This document shows, piece by piece, positions 19,391 to 28,627 of a stretch of DNA of 64,000 nt. The notes beneath the pieces were generated by a model. It was given only the letters and a program-made list of their open reading frames with translations. It was not told the origin of the DNA and ran no database searches. The stretch is from Deferribacterales bacterium (GTDB taxonomy: Bacteria; Chrysiogenota; Deferribacteres; Deferribacterales; Geovibrionaceae): positions 273,848-337,847 of the forward strand of contig JBFWLW010000003.1 of assembly GCA_050251945.1 (NCBI GenBank), written 5' to 3'. The position numbers and the translations under genes were made by a program. Every line of letters starts with the position of its first letter. Position 1 is the first letter of the stretch.

Positions 19391-20607
19391 TTATCGCTCC
19401 ATAGGGACGGTATCTCTCCGAGAACCTGAGAAGCAATTTTCCTGCCATCAGGTAACTCCATATCGTCCGGTACATTTTGTCCTTTTGATAACAGCATAAC
19501 AGGTGTCTTTTTCTTTATCGGCAGATTTATCAGCGGGCCGAAATATTTTGTTTCGTCCAGTTTCGTGAATATCATGTATTCTGGCATCAGCTTGGAATAT
19601 CTGTCGAATGTGTCCGATAGCTCCGCATGATTGCAGCTCATGGACAGCACCAGCGCCACTTTGATAAGGGGGCTGACCTCAAGGAATTTCCGCAGGTCGC
19701 CTATCTGTTCATTATCGAACTGACTGCGCCCCATGGAGTCTATAAAAACATACTCGTAATCTTTGAGTTCGTATATTATTTTCTCAAGTTCGGTGGGGGA
19801 GGACGCAACCTTCAGGGGGATGCTTACTATCTCCGCATAGTTTTTTAGCTGTTCCACTGCACCTATGCGGAAATTGTCTATGGTGATCAGCGCCACGGAT
19901 TTTTTAAGCTGAAGGCTCAGGTTTGCAGCTATCTTTGCTATTGTGGTCGTCTTTCCGACACCTGTGGGTCCGACAAGTGCAAGCACCTTCTGTTTTATCA
20001 TGGAAAAATAGTCCTTTTCCATAGGCACAAGGTCGCCCAGAAGCTGAACTGAAAGGTTTTTCACCTGATTGCGGGAAAGACCCGCAGCCGCACGTTTCTC
20101 TATCTTTTTAAGGAATTTGTAAGCGATGTCGTCGTCCACGCCGTTTTTAAGCAGTATATTGTAGAATTCAAGCACCGGCTGTGACAGGTCAACGACAAAA
20201 TTGTCCTTCATACCGGATTTTATCTCAAGCATCTGTCTTTTTATCTCAGCGATATCGTTTACAAGTCCCTCAAATTTGTTAAGCCCCAGCGTGTTAATAA
20301 TTTCCGTTATTTTGTCCGCTTCGGATTTCTCATGAACGGCAGGTTTGAACTGCTGTGGTTTATATGTATTCGCGTATGCATTTGCAGCGGGAGCGGCTGG
20401 TTTTCCTGCGGTCTTTTTAGCGTTTATCACCCGTTCGTCGTCTTCGATGCCGACAGTCACCTCTATGATAGGGCGCGAAAAGAGACCGAAGCTGTTGTTC
20501 TTAACCACCTTGCGGGTGGAAAGTATCATCGCTTCGGGACCGAGCTCTTCCTTTATGAGCTTCATCGCCTCTTTCATATCAAAGACTTCGTACTTTTTGA
20601 TCCTCAT
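19387..20607 (-). CDS. flhF: Flagellar biosynthesis SRP-type GTPase
   Basis: GPTGVGKTTTIAKIA, DNFRIGAVEQL, TKLDET, GQNVPDD. Confidence 0.95.
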   Translation of the reverse strand: MRIKKYEVFDMKEAMKLIKEELGPEAMILSTRKVVKNNSFGLFSRPIIEVTVGIEDDERVINAKKTAGKPAAPAANAYANTYKPQQFKPAVHEKSEADKITEIINTLGLNKFEGLVNDIAEIKRQMLEIKSGMKDNFVVDLSQPVLEFYNILLKNGVDDDIAYKFLKKIEKRAAAGLSRNQVKNLSVQLLGDLVPMEKDYFSMIKQKVLALVGPTGVGKTTTIAKIAANLSLQLKKSVALITIDNFRIGAVEQLKNYAEIVSIPLKVASSPTELEKIIYELKDYEYVFIDSMGRSQFDNEQIGDLRKFLEVSPLIKVALVLSMSCNHAELSDTFDRYSKLMPEYMIFTKLDETKYFGPLINLPIKKKTPVMLLSKGQNVPDDMELPDGRKIASQVLGEIPSLWSDK

Positions 20608-22691
20608 ATATTAATCTCCAGCATACCGAGGCTCTCGATCCTTACGCTGTCGCTTATCTCATTATGGGACATAATATTTATGTTGTGAACAAATTTTTCA
20701 ACAAATCTTCTCATTGGCAGTCTTATGGGCGGAGAGACTATCAGAACGGGAGGCAGGCTCTTCGCTATGCACTGATCGGATTTCTGTATCACAGCAGACA
20801 GTATCTTCTGTGCAACGGAAGGGTCAATCACTATTTCCTGTCCGTCGTCGCCTTTCTGTATGTTCGTTGCAACGAACTGTTCAACCTTGGAGGGCAGCGT
20901 GAAAACGTAAAGCTTGCCGTCTGCGGCGAGGAGGCTCTCGGTTATCTGGCGTTTCAGCACGGCGCGCACCCGTTCCGTGAGGAAATCGGGATGTTTGTTC
21001 TGCATTCCGTATGTCGCCAGAATCTCCAGAATTGTCTGCAGGTTTCTGATGGAGACACGTTCTTTCAGAAGTGCCTGAAGCACGCGGTTCACAGTACCGA
21101 GATCGAGTATTGCGGGAATCACGTCGTCCACAAGTTTCGGATATTTTTCCTTGAGCTTGTCCAGAAGCTCCTGAGTTTCCTGTCTGCCCAGAAGTTCGTG
21201 AGCGTTGGATTTAATTATTTCTGTCAGGTGGGTCGCAATGACAGTTGAGGGATCGACTATGGTACAGCCCTCTATCTCCGCCATATCCTTCACTGCTTCG
21301 TCAACCCATTTTGCATCCAGCCCGTATGCCGGTTCTTTCGTCGGTATGCCGTCGAAATCGGAAACTGAACCTTCGGGGTTCATGATGAGAAACTTATCGG
21401 GAAAGATTGAGCCTGTATTTATGCGCACACCCTTAAGCATGACCGCATAGCCGTTGGCATCAAGCTGTAAATTGTCGCGTATGCGAACCGGAGGAACTAT
21501 AAAACCCATTTCCAGTGCAAGCTGGCGGCGTATCGCCTTTATGCGGTTGAGGAGCGTTCCGCCCTGACTGGCGTCAACCAGAGGGATAAGGGCAAAGCCT
21601 ATCTCCAGTTCCATTATATCCATTTCCAGAAGGCTTTTCACTTCGTCCTCTTCCGGAATCGGGGCTTTCTCTTTTTCTGTAGCGGCAGCTTTTTCTTTCT
21701 CCTGCTCTTTCTCCTTTCCGGCGTTCTTAGACAGCCATGCCAGATATATGAACAGCGAACCCAGCAGGATGAAAGAGAGTTTCGGCATCCCGGGTATTAT
21801 AGCGAAGAAAAGAAGGATGCCCCCCGTGATGCCAAGCACTTTCGTACTGTTGAAAAGCTGGCTGAAAAGCTGATTAGCAAGGTCGCCGCCGGAACCTGCC
21901 CGTGAAACGATAAGACCCGCGGCTGTTGATATTATAAGTGAAGGTATCTGTGAGACAAGACCGTCGCCGACGGTGAGCACAGTGTATCGTTCAGCCGCCT
22001 GAATGACTTCCATCCCGCCCTGAACAACGCCTATCACAAGACCGCCCAGAATGTTTATAACTGTGATGATGAGACCCGCAACGGCATCTCCGCGGACAAA
22101 TTTACTGGCACCGTCCATAGAGCCGAAGTAGTCCGCCTCTTTCTGTATGTCGATACGTTTCTGTCTCGCTTCGTCCTCTGAAATCATCCCCGCGTTCAGG
22201 TCTGCGTCAATAGACATCTGTTTACCGGGCATCGCATCCAGTGTGAATCTGGCTGCAACTTCCGCGATACGGGTTGAACCCTTGGTGATAACCATAAAGT
22301 TGATGATGATTAGGATGAGGAACACTATGATACCGACGGCATAGTTGCCGCCTACCACAAACTGACCGAACGCACGGATAACTTCGCCCGCCGCATCTTC
22401 ACCTTCATAACCGTGAAGGAGAATGGTTCTGGTTGTTGCAACGTTCAGAGAGAGCCTGAACAGTGTGACAATCAGAAGCACTGTGGGAAATGTGGAAAAT
22501 TTCAGCGGCTGATCGGAGTGTATCGCCACCATAAGTATGATGATGGAGAGCGCCACGCTGCTTGTCAGCAAAAGATCCAGCAGTATAGCAGGTACGGGCA
22601 GAACCATCACGGCTATTATTGCCATGAAGAACACGGAGAAGGAGATCTCTTTCTGCTTTAGGATGTTAAGATATTCTCTGGCGTCTGCCAT
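20604..22691 (-). CDS. flhA: Flagellar export gate protein FlhA
   Basis: RIAEVAARFTLDAMPGKQMSIDADLNAG, GSMDGASKFVRGDA. Confidence 0.98.
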   Translation of the reverse strand: MADAREYLNILKQKEISFSVFFMAIIAVMVLPVPAILLDLLLTSSVALSIIILMVAIHSDQPLKFSTFPTVLLIVTLFRLSLNVATTRTILLHGYEGEDAAGEVIRAFGQFVVGGNYAVGIIVFLILIIINFMVITKGSTRIAEVAARFTLDAMPGKQMSIDADLNAGMISEDEARQKRIDIQKEADYFGSMDGASKFVRGDAVAGLIITVINILGGLVIGVVQGGMEVIQAAERYTVLTVGDGLVSQIPSLIISTAAGLIVSRAGSGGDLANQLFSQLFNSTKVLGITGGILLFFAIIPGMPKLSFILLGSLFIYLAWLSKNAGKEKEQEKEKAAATEKEKAPIPEEDEVKSLLEMDIMELEIGFALIPLVDASQGGTLLNRIKAIRRQLALEMGFIVPPVRIRDNLQLDANGYAVMLKGVRINTGSIFPDKFLIMNPEGSVSDFDGIPTKEPAYGLDAKWVDEAVKDMAEIEGCTIVDPSTVIATHLTEIIKSNAHELLGRQETQELLDKLKEKYPKLVDDVIPAILDLGTVNRVLQALLKERVSIRNLQTILEILATYGMQNKHPDFLTERVRAVLKRQITESLLAADGKLYVFTLPSKVEQFVATNIQKGDDGQEIVIDPSVAQKILSAVIQKSDQCIAKSLPPVLIVSPPIRLPMRRFVEKFVHNINIMSHNEISDSVRIESLGMLEINI

Positions 22692-22738
22692 TTACCGTCC
22701 TTTTGCCGTTTATATGCGGCGCATTACTGCGTCAGTTG

Positions 22739-22952
22739 TTGCTGTTTATCTGCTTCGTTCTACGTCGTCATATTTTGTTCGCTCGCAACACATACAGAGT
22801 ACGTATGCTTTTGCTCGTCTCACAAAATCTTCCTTGTATAGCTTGCATCTGAACAGCAAGTGTCAAGGAAGTGGTGGACTCGTCTTTGCGAGCGGAGCGA
22901 AGCAATCTCGTTTTCCCCCTTCCTTCAGACAAAGGAGGGTCGGGTGGGATTT
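22739..22952. repeat. Cluster of REP/REPIN-like palindromic elements
   Basis: Nested imperfect hairpin 22739-22859; unit CGTCTTTGCGAGCGGAGCGAAGCAATCTC at 22881-22909; CCCCCTTCCTT-N-AAGGAGGG hairpin at about 22915-22950. Confidence 0.6.
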
Positions 22953-22968
22953 GACTTACCACCGCACT

Positions 22969-24018
22969 TTATTTCTTCTTAAATTTATCAACGAGAGCGA
23001 GAATTTCCGCCACCGCTTTGAACAGATTTTCAGGTATTTCATCCCCTATGTCAACCGTTTTGAAAAGTGAGCGTGCAATGGGCGGGTCTTCATGCACAAG
23101 TATGCCGTGTTCCTTTGCCACCTCGCGTATCCGAAGCGCCATCAGCCTCTGTCCTTTTGCCAGACAGACAGGCGCTCTGTCCTGACCCAGATTGTACCTG
23201 AGAGCCACTGCATAGTGGGTGGGGTTGGTAACGACCACGTCCGCTTTCGGCACGTCGTCCATCATTCTTTGGCGGGCAAGCTCCCTCTGTGCCTTGCGGA
23301 TGCGCCCCTTTATCTGCGGATCCCCTTCCATTTGCTTGTGTTCGTCCTTTATCTCCTGTTTGGTCATCTTGAGGTCTTCTTTGTGCTGGAAACGGACGTA
23401 AGCATAGTCTATGAGAGCCATCACAAGCGCCATAAGACTTATCTTCCACACGATTTCATACATTAACGAGCCGAAATACGTAATAATATCTATAATATCT
23501 GCATCGGCAAGGGTTACGATGGTCTCCATTTTCCCCTTAACGATATAATATGCAAACCAGCCTACGACGAAAATTTTGAACAGAGATTTCACCAGTTCAA
23601 CAAGGCTTCTTTTAGAGAAAAAACGCCCGAATCCTGTGAACGGATTTATCCTGTCCAGTTTAAGTTCAAGAGCTTTCGGCGTGAACACAAACCCGACCTG
23701 CATGATGTTTGCGGCAACGGATATGAACAGTATCAGCGCCATAAAGGGTGCGACTATCAGTCCCGCCTCTTTAGTGCAGTAAACAAGCAGCCCCATCAGG
23801 TTGTCCACCGTGATGTTGTAGTCGTCGATGGTGAGCAGTTCGCGCATTATCCTGCCCATTCCTTTCAAAAAAAAAGGTGCGTAAAAATGCAGAAATACCG
23901 CGCTGGCAAGCAGTATCAGAGCTGTCGGCAATTCGCGGCTTTTCGGAATGTTCCCTTCGGATGCGGCGTCTGAAAGCCGCTTACCCGTCGGGTCTTCGGT
24001 TTTGTTTTCGTCGGCCAT
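22969..24018 (-). CDS. flhB: Flagellar export protein FlhB
   Basis: KTEDPTGKRL, EGDPQIKGRIR, TNPTHYAVAL autocleavage motif. Confidence 0.98.
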   Translation of the reverse strand: MADENKTEDPTGKRLSDAASEGNIPKSRELPTALILLASAVFLHFYAPFFLKGMGRIMRELLTIDDYNITVDNLMGLLVYCTKEAGLIVAPFMALILFISVAANIMQVGFVFTPKALELKLDRINPFTGFGRFFSKRSLVELVKSLFKIFVVGWFAYYIVKGKMETIVTLADADIIDIITYFGSLMYEIVWKISLMALVMALIDYAYVRFQHKEDLKMTKQEIKDEHKQMEGDPQIKGRIRKAQRELARQRMMDDVPKADVVVTNPTHYAVALRYNLGQDRAPVCLAKGQRLMALRIREVAKEHGILVHEDPPIARSLFKTVDIGDEIPENLFKAVAEILALVDKFKKK

Positions 24019-24019
24019 T

Positions 24020-24793
24020 CTATAAGTACCTTATAAGGTTCGCCACGTTTTCAAAATAAACGTACAGGAGTTTTTCAAAAACGATGTAAAAATAACTCAT
24101 GCCTATCGCCATAACGGTCATTCCCACCGCTATCTGAATAGGAAACCCGACGATCATAAGGTTAAGCTGCGGAACCATGCGCCCCATGATGCCCAGAACA
24201 AGCTGCAGAACCAGAAGGGTTATGAATACAGGCGCGGTTATCTTAAGCGCTGTTATGAATATGGTCGAAAAAAGCTTTGTAAGGTACAGAAACGCATTGG
24301 CGTCCACAGGATATATACCTATCGGGATGGTTTCAAAGGAGGCGCGTATTGCCTGTATCAGCAGTAAATGCCCGCCGACGGCAATAAATATGAGTATCAT
24401 GGCAATGTTCAGGAACTGGGAGATGATGGATATGGATATGTTTGCCTGCGGGTCGAAAACGTTCACGATACCGAATCCCATCTGGGTACCGATTATCTGA
24501 CCGCCGAGCTGAACACCGACGAACAGAAGATGCACAAGCAGCCCTATACAAACGCCGAGAAGTATCTCTTTGGCTATCATCAGGATAAGCATTGGACCGG
24601 AAGGATCTTGTATGTCAAGTTTCTTGACAGAAGTATATATTATCATTGCGAATATCAGCGAAAAGAGCATGCGGATATGCGGTTTTACGACGTTACTGCC
24701 GAAAACGGGTGCAGTCGTCATTATTGCCGCAGTGCGTATCATCACCAGCAGAAATGTCACAAAAAGCTGAGTATCGTACAAAAATTCAAACAT
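24020..24793 (-). CDS. fliR: Flagellar export protein FliR
   Basis: Multi-TM protein; GQIIGTQMGF, RMVPQLN..VGFP; directly upstream of flhB. Confidence 0.93.
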   Translation of the reverse strand: MFEFLYDTQLFVTFLLVMIRTAAIMTTAPVFGSNVVKPHIRMLFSLIFAMIIYTSVKKLDIQDPSGPMLILMIAKEILLGVCIGLLVHLLFVGVQLGGQIIGTQMGFGIVNVFDPQANISISIISQFLNIAMILIFIAVGGHLLLIQAIRASFETIPIGIYPVDANAFLYLTKLFSTIFITALKITAPVFITLLVLQLVLGIMGRMVPQLNLMIVGFPIQIAVGMTVMAIGMSYFYIVFEKLLYVYFENVANLIRYL

Positions 24794-24919
24794 TCCACAT
24801 TCTATTGCCAGTCACGGAGAATTACAACGGATTTCAGGAAAAAAGACTTTCAATTGTTCTGCCGATATGTAAAATTAAGATGTGGAAATGTTTTCCATAA
24901 AACAAAAGAGGTTTTTCAG

Positions 24920-25948
24920 GTGTCCAGAATAAGTTTTGACGAAGGATGCAGGATGCTTGCCGATGCCGATCTTTTCGTGCTGGCGGGACTTGCGGACGAA
25001 ATGAGGCAAAGACTCCACCCGGAGGGCGTGGTCGCTTACGTCATTGACAGAAACATAAATTATACAAATATATGCTCCTGTAAATGTTCTTTCTGTGCTT
25101 TTTATAAGGATATAAAGGACAAGGGCGGATATGTAATAAGCCATGAACTGCTGAAATCCAAAATAGATGAAACGAAGGAACTGGGCGGGACGCAGATTCT
25201 TTTACAGGGCGGTCTGCATCCTGAACTTGGTATAGATTTCTATGAAGATATGATGCGCTTTATCAAGGAACAGGGGGTCTGGATACACGGACTTTCCGCA
25301 CCGGAGATAAGCCACATAGCGAAACTTGAGGGCATGTCCGTTGAGGACACCATAAAAAGGCTTGTTGCCGCCGGGCTGGATTCGATACCAGGTGCGGGCG
25401 CAGAGCTTCTGGTTGATTCCGAAAGGAGGCTGGTAAGCCCGAATAAGATATCTTCCGGCAAGTGGCTGGGGGTTATGGAAACCGCCCACGGACTGGGTCT
25501 TAAGACAACTGCAACAATGATGTTTAAAAAAACAGATAAAGTTGAGCATATTATCGAGCATTTTGATAAAATAAGGAGTGTACAGGACAGAACGGGCGGT
25601 TTTACGGCGTTCATCCCGTGGCCTTATCAGCCTGCGAACACGGAACTTGGCGGAGAGAACGTTTCTGCCGTTGAATATCTCAGGCTGCTCGCAATGGCTC
25701 GTATATATCTGGACAACGTTCCGAATATACAGGTGTCGTGGGTTACGCAGGGACCGAAGATCGGTCAGACGGCGCTCAGGTTCGGCGGGAACGATTTCGG
25801 CAGTCTGATGATAGAAGAGAACGTTGTTGCGGCATGCGGAGTGGGTTTCCGCATGAGCATAGAAGAAATAAACAATAATATCCGCAAGGCGGGCTTTATC
25901 CCTGCCCAGCGGGATATGCAATACAACATATTGAGGTATTTCGACTGA
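24920..25948 (+). CDS. mqnC: Cyclic dehypoxanthinyl futalosine synthase (radical SAM)
   Basis: DRNINYTNICSCKCSFCAF, LLQGGLHP, FTAFIPW, GNDFGSLMIEENVV. GTG start at 24920 after GAGG; the ORF-track extension to 24368 overlaps fliR. Confidence 0.88.
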   Translation: MSRISFDEGCRMLADADLFVLAGLADEMRQRLHPEGVVAYVIDRNINYTNICSCKCSFCAFYKDIKDKGGYVISHELLKSKIDETKELGGTQILLQGGLHPELGIDFYEDMMRFIKEQGVWIHGLSAPEISHIAKLEGMSVEDTIKRLVAAGLDSIPGAGAELLVDSERRLVSPNKISSGKWLGVMETAHGLGLKTTATMMFKKTDKVEHIIEHFDKIRSVQDRTGGFTAFIPWPYQPANTELGGENVSAVEYLRLLAMARIYLDNVPNIQVSWVTQGPKIGQTALRFGGNDFGSLMIEENVVAACGVGFRMSIEEINNNIRKAGFIPAQRDMQYNILRYFD

Positions 25949-25989
25949 AAAGAGACTTTCTGGAGGTTCTCGTTGAGATCTCCGAAAAA

Positions 25990-27120
25990 ATGAACAGCAT
26001 GTTTGAGCTGCATAACCTCCTTCCGGCTATAATCAACATAGCAAAGGAATATCTGGGGGTTAAGCGTATCTCTCTGATGCTCATCGAGGATGAGTATCTG
26101 AAGATGTATGCCCACGCAGGTTTTGAGGTCGACCACTCCAGCGTCCACATCCGCCTTGGTGACGGAGTAGCCGGAAAGGTTGCCAAAACAGGCATAGAAG
26201 TCATGTCTAACAAAGCGGAGACAGATAACGACGTTCTGGGTTATCAGACCTCTTCTTTCATGTCGGTTCCTCTGAAAAAAGGTGACAAAGTTCTTGGGGT
26301 TTTAAACCTTACGGACAAGGAAGATGATTTTTTCACAGAGGACGATGTGAAAATTGCACGTTTTATCGCCTCTCAGTGCGCACTGGGAGTTGACAGATTT
26401 AATATGTACAGCGACATGCGCAAAAGTGAAAATCTCAGAGTGATAGGGATGCTTAATTCCTCCATCGCTCACGACATAAAAAATCTGCTGAACATTGTTC
26501 AGTCTTATCTGGAGCTTATGGCGCAGGAAAAAGATATTAAACCTGAAACGCAGGAATATATCGACGCCATTCACTCCGAGGTTAAGCGTATCCACGGACT
26601 TACTCTGGATATTCTGGATTTTTCCAGACAGAGGGTTTCCATCACCATTGAAACTTTCAGGATATCCGAGCTGTTTGATGAAATCAGAAAACATGCCAAT
26701 ATAATGACCAGAGACACGGCGATCCGTGTAGATGTTGAAGTTTTAGACGATATTATAATGAAGGTGGACAGAGGCAAGATATTCAGAGTGATTTTCAATC
26801 TTGTCTCAAATGCTATCGACGCGCTGCCGACGAAAGGCATCGTAAGACTGACCGCTCAGAAGGAAGGAGACCTTTGTGTCATAAAGATACGTGACACAGG
26901 TTCGGGGATAAGCAGCGAAAACCGGAAAAAGCTGTTTCAGCCGTTTTTTACCTCCGGAAAGGCTAAAGGAACGGGGCTGGGGTTGGCCATCGTAAAGATG
27001 ATAGTGGAAGCGCACTGCGGTACGATCGATGTGGATTCGGATGAAGGGGTGTTCACCGAATTTACCGTGAGGATACCATTTAATTATGAATCTATTAAGG
27101 AATTACACAGGCAGGGATGA
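25990..27120 (+). CDS. GAF-domain sensor histidine kinase
   Basis: GAF (GDGVAGKVA, SFMSVPL, GVLNL), H-box IAHDIKNLL, G boxes DTGSGI and GTGLGL. The true start may be CTG at 25945. Confidence 0.92.
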   Translation: MNSMFELHNLLPAIINIAKEYLGVKRISLMLIEDEYLKMYAHAGFEVDHSSVHIRLGDGVAGKVAKTGIEVMSNKAETDNDVLGYQTSSFMSVPLKKGDKVLGVLNLTDKEDDFFTEDDVKIARFIASQCALGVDRFNMYSDMRKSENLRVIGMLNSSIAHDIKNLLNIVQSYLELMAQEKDIKPETQEYIDAIHSEVKRIHGLTLDILDFSRQRVSITIETFRISELFDEIRKHANIMTRDTAIRVDVEVLDDIIMKVDRGKIFRVIFNLVSNAIDALPTKGIVRLTAQKEGDLCVIKIRDTGSGISSENRKKLFQPFFTSGKAKGTGLGLAIVKMIVEAHCGTIDVDSDEGVFTEFTVRIPFNYESIKELHRQG

Positions 27121-28627
27121 AAAAAGCCTCATAGTGCTCATGTCGGACAGATATGATCTTGAAGGCGCTGATTTTATCACTTCGCGGGACGAACACGGAA
27201 GGACAATCATTAAGGTTGTCAGCGATAAGGCTGTGCCTCCGATCATAGAGGTCAGGGTTACAGCAGACGGCTTGCGTGCGTATCTTGACGTTTACCCCGG
27301 GATAAACACCGAAAGTGCTATATCAGCGGACGATATTATGGTCTTGCTGCAAAACGAAAGAATTACGGTGAATATCAACCGTGAGGCGATAAATAATATC
27401 GTGCGTCTTGCAGGTGATGGCGGAATATCTGAAAAAGTTCTGATTGCGGAAGGGGTTGAACCCATTTCCGGAAAAAACTCTCAGGTTATTCTTAATTTTG
27501 AGCCTGTTAATAACGCTCCGAAAGTATTGAAGAACGGAAGGGTTGACTATCGCAATGTTGACAACATCAGAGTTGTTAACGAAGGCGACCTGCTTCTGAC
27601 TAAAAAACCAGCTACTGCCGGTGTGCGCGGTCTGACTGTCCGCAACGAAGAGATTCAGGCGGAACCGGGAACAGACACGGAAATATACACAGGCGAAGGC
27701 GTGCGTTCCGAAAGGGACAACACGGAATTTTATGCCGCAACGGACGGATGCGTCACCTTTCTGCGCAATACTTTGGAGGTCAGCCCTGTGTTCACTGTCC
27801 GCAGTAACGTGGACTACAGCACGGGTAACATAGTCTTCAACGGCAACGTTTATATAAAAAATGATGTCCTTTCAAACTTTACAGTTAAGGCGGAGAAGGA
27901 TATCTTTATCGAAGGCGTCTGTCAGGACGCTATAATTGAGAGCGGCGGCAACGTCGTCATAAAGCTCGGTGTCCGCGGCGACGGAAAAGGGCTGATAACC
28001 GCCAAGGGTGACGTTTTCATCGGATATGCGGAAAATGCGAACATTGAGGCGCGCGGCAACATAGAGGTTACCAAATACGCATATAACTCCCGTCTGCGCT
28101 CAGGCGGCAGGATTGAAGCCGTCAAAGACCCGGGAATAATTGCGGGCGGCGAAGTGATAGCATTTGAAGAGATTCGTATCCTTCAGGCGGGAACTGTAGG
28201 AAACTCCAGATTCACCATCAGCGTGGGTACGAAATTTTATTTTGAAAAAGAACTCGAAGAGCTTAAATTAAACAAAGATAAGTTCGTTGAGAACAAGGCA
28301 AAGATCGACGAATTTCTCGGCGGCGTGAACCTCAGAAAAAAAGAGGTGCTGGAAAACCCGAAGGTTCGTCAGCTTATTGCGCTCAGAAAGCAGCTTGACG
28401 GAAAGATAGCCGTTGCTGATGCTGCCATGCAGAAGCTCATCAGAGAGGCACATCACCCCAGACCCAAATTAAAAGTGCAGGGTGAACTTTACGGCGGCAT
28501 AGACGTTCAGGTATACAGAGAAAGAGTATCAATCAGGGAGAACCAGAAGAACATGGTCTATTTTTTCGACGATAAATATCAGAGAATACAGGCGATTTCA
28601 CTGGAAGACAAAGAATGGGATGAATGA
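27086..28627 (+). CDS. FapA/DUF342 family protein
   Basis: GRVDYRN, VDYSTGNIVFNGNVYI, beta-helix-like repeats. Confidence 0.85.
   Translation: MNLLRNYTGRDEKSLIVLMSDRYDLEGADFITSRDEHGRTIIKVVSDKAVPPIIEVRVTADGLRAYLDVYPGINTESAISADDIMVLLQNERITVNINREAINNIVRLAGDGGISEKVLIAEGVEPISGKNSQVILNFEPVNNAPKVLKNGRVDYRNVDNIRVVNEGDLLLTKKPATAGVRGLTVRNEEIQAEPGTDTEIYTGEGVRSERDNTEFYAATDGCVTFLRNTLEVSPVFTVRSNVDYSTGNIVFNGNVYIKNDVLSNFTVKAEKDIFIEGVCQDAIIESGGNVVIKLGVRGDGKGLITAKGDVFIGYAENANIEARGNIEVTKYAYNSRLRSGGRIEAVKDPGIIAGGEVIAFEEIRILQAGTVGNSRFTISVGTKFYFEKELEELKLNKDKFVENKAKIDEFLGGVNLRKKEVLENPKVRQLIALRKQLDGKIAVADAAMQKLIREAHHPRPKLKVQGELYGGIDVQVYRERVSIRENQKNMVYFFDDKYQRIQAISLEDKEWDE

Noticed and set aside
22768..22962. 64-aa ORF between flhB and flhA
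   Set aside because: It runs through palindromic repeat DNA and has no protein-like features.
23867..23875. A9/T9 tract in flhB as a phase-variation switch
   Set aside because: It encodes Phe-Phe-Leu in a TM region, is in frame, and nothing else supports switching.
24841..24868. Sigma-28 promoter (GCCGATAT) upstream of mqnC
   Set aside because: The -10 matches, but the -35 is a poor fit to TAAAGTTT; not supportable without start-site data.
24368..24919. 526-aa ORF as an N-terminally extended MqnC
   Set aside because: The extension is antisense to fliR; homology-like sequence and an RBS begin at GTG 24920.
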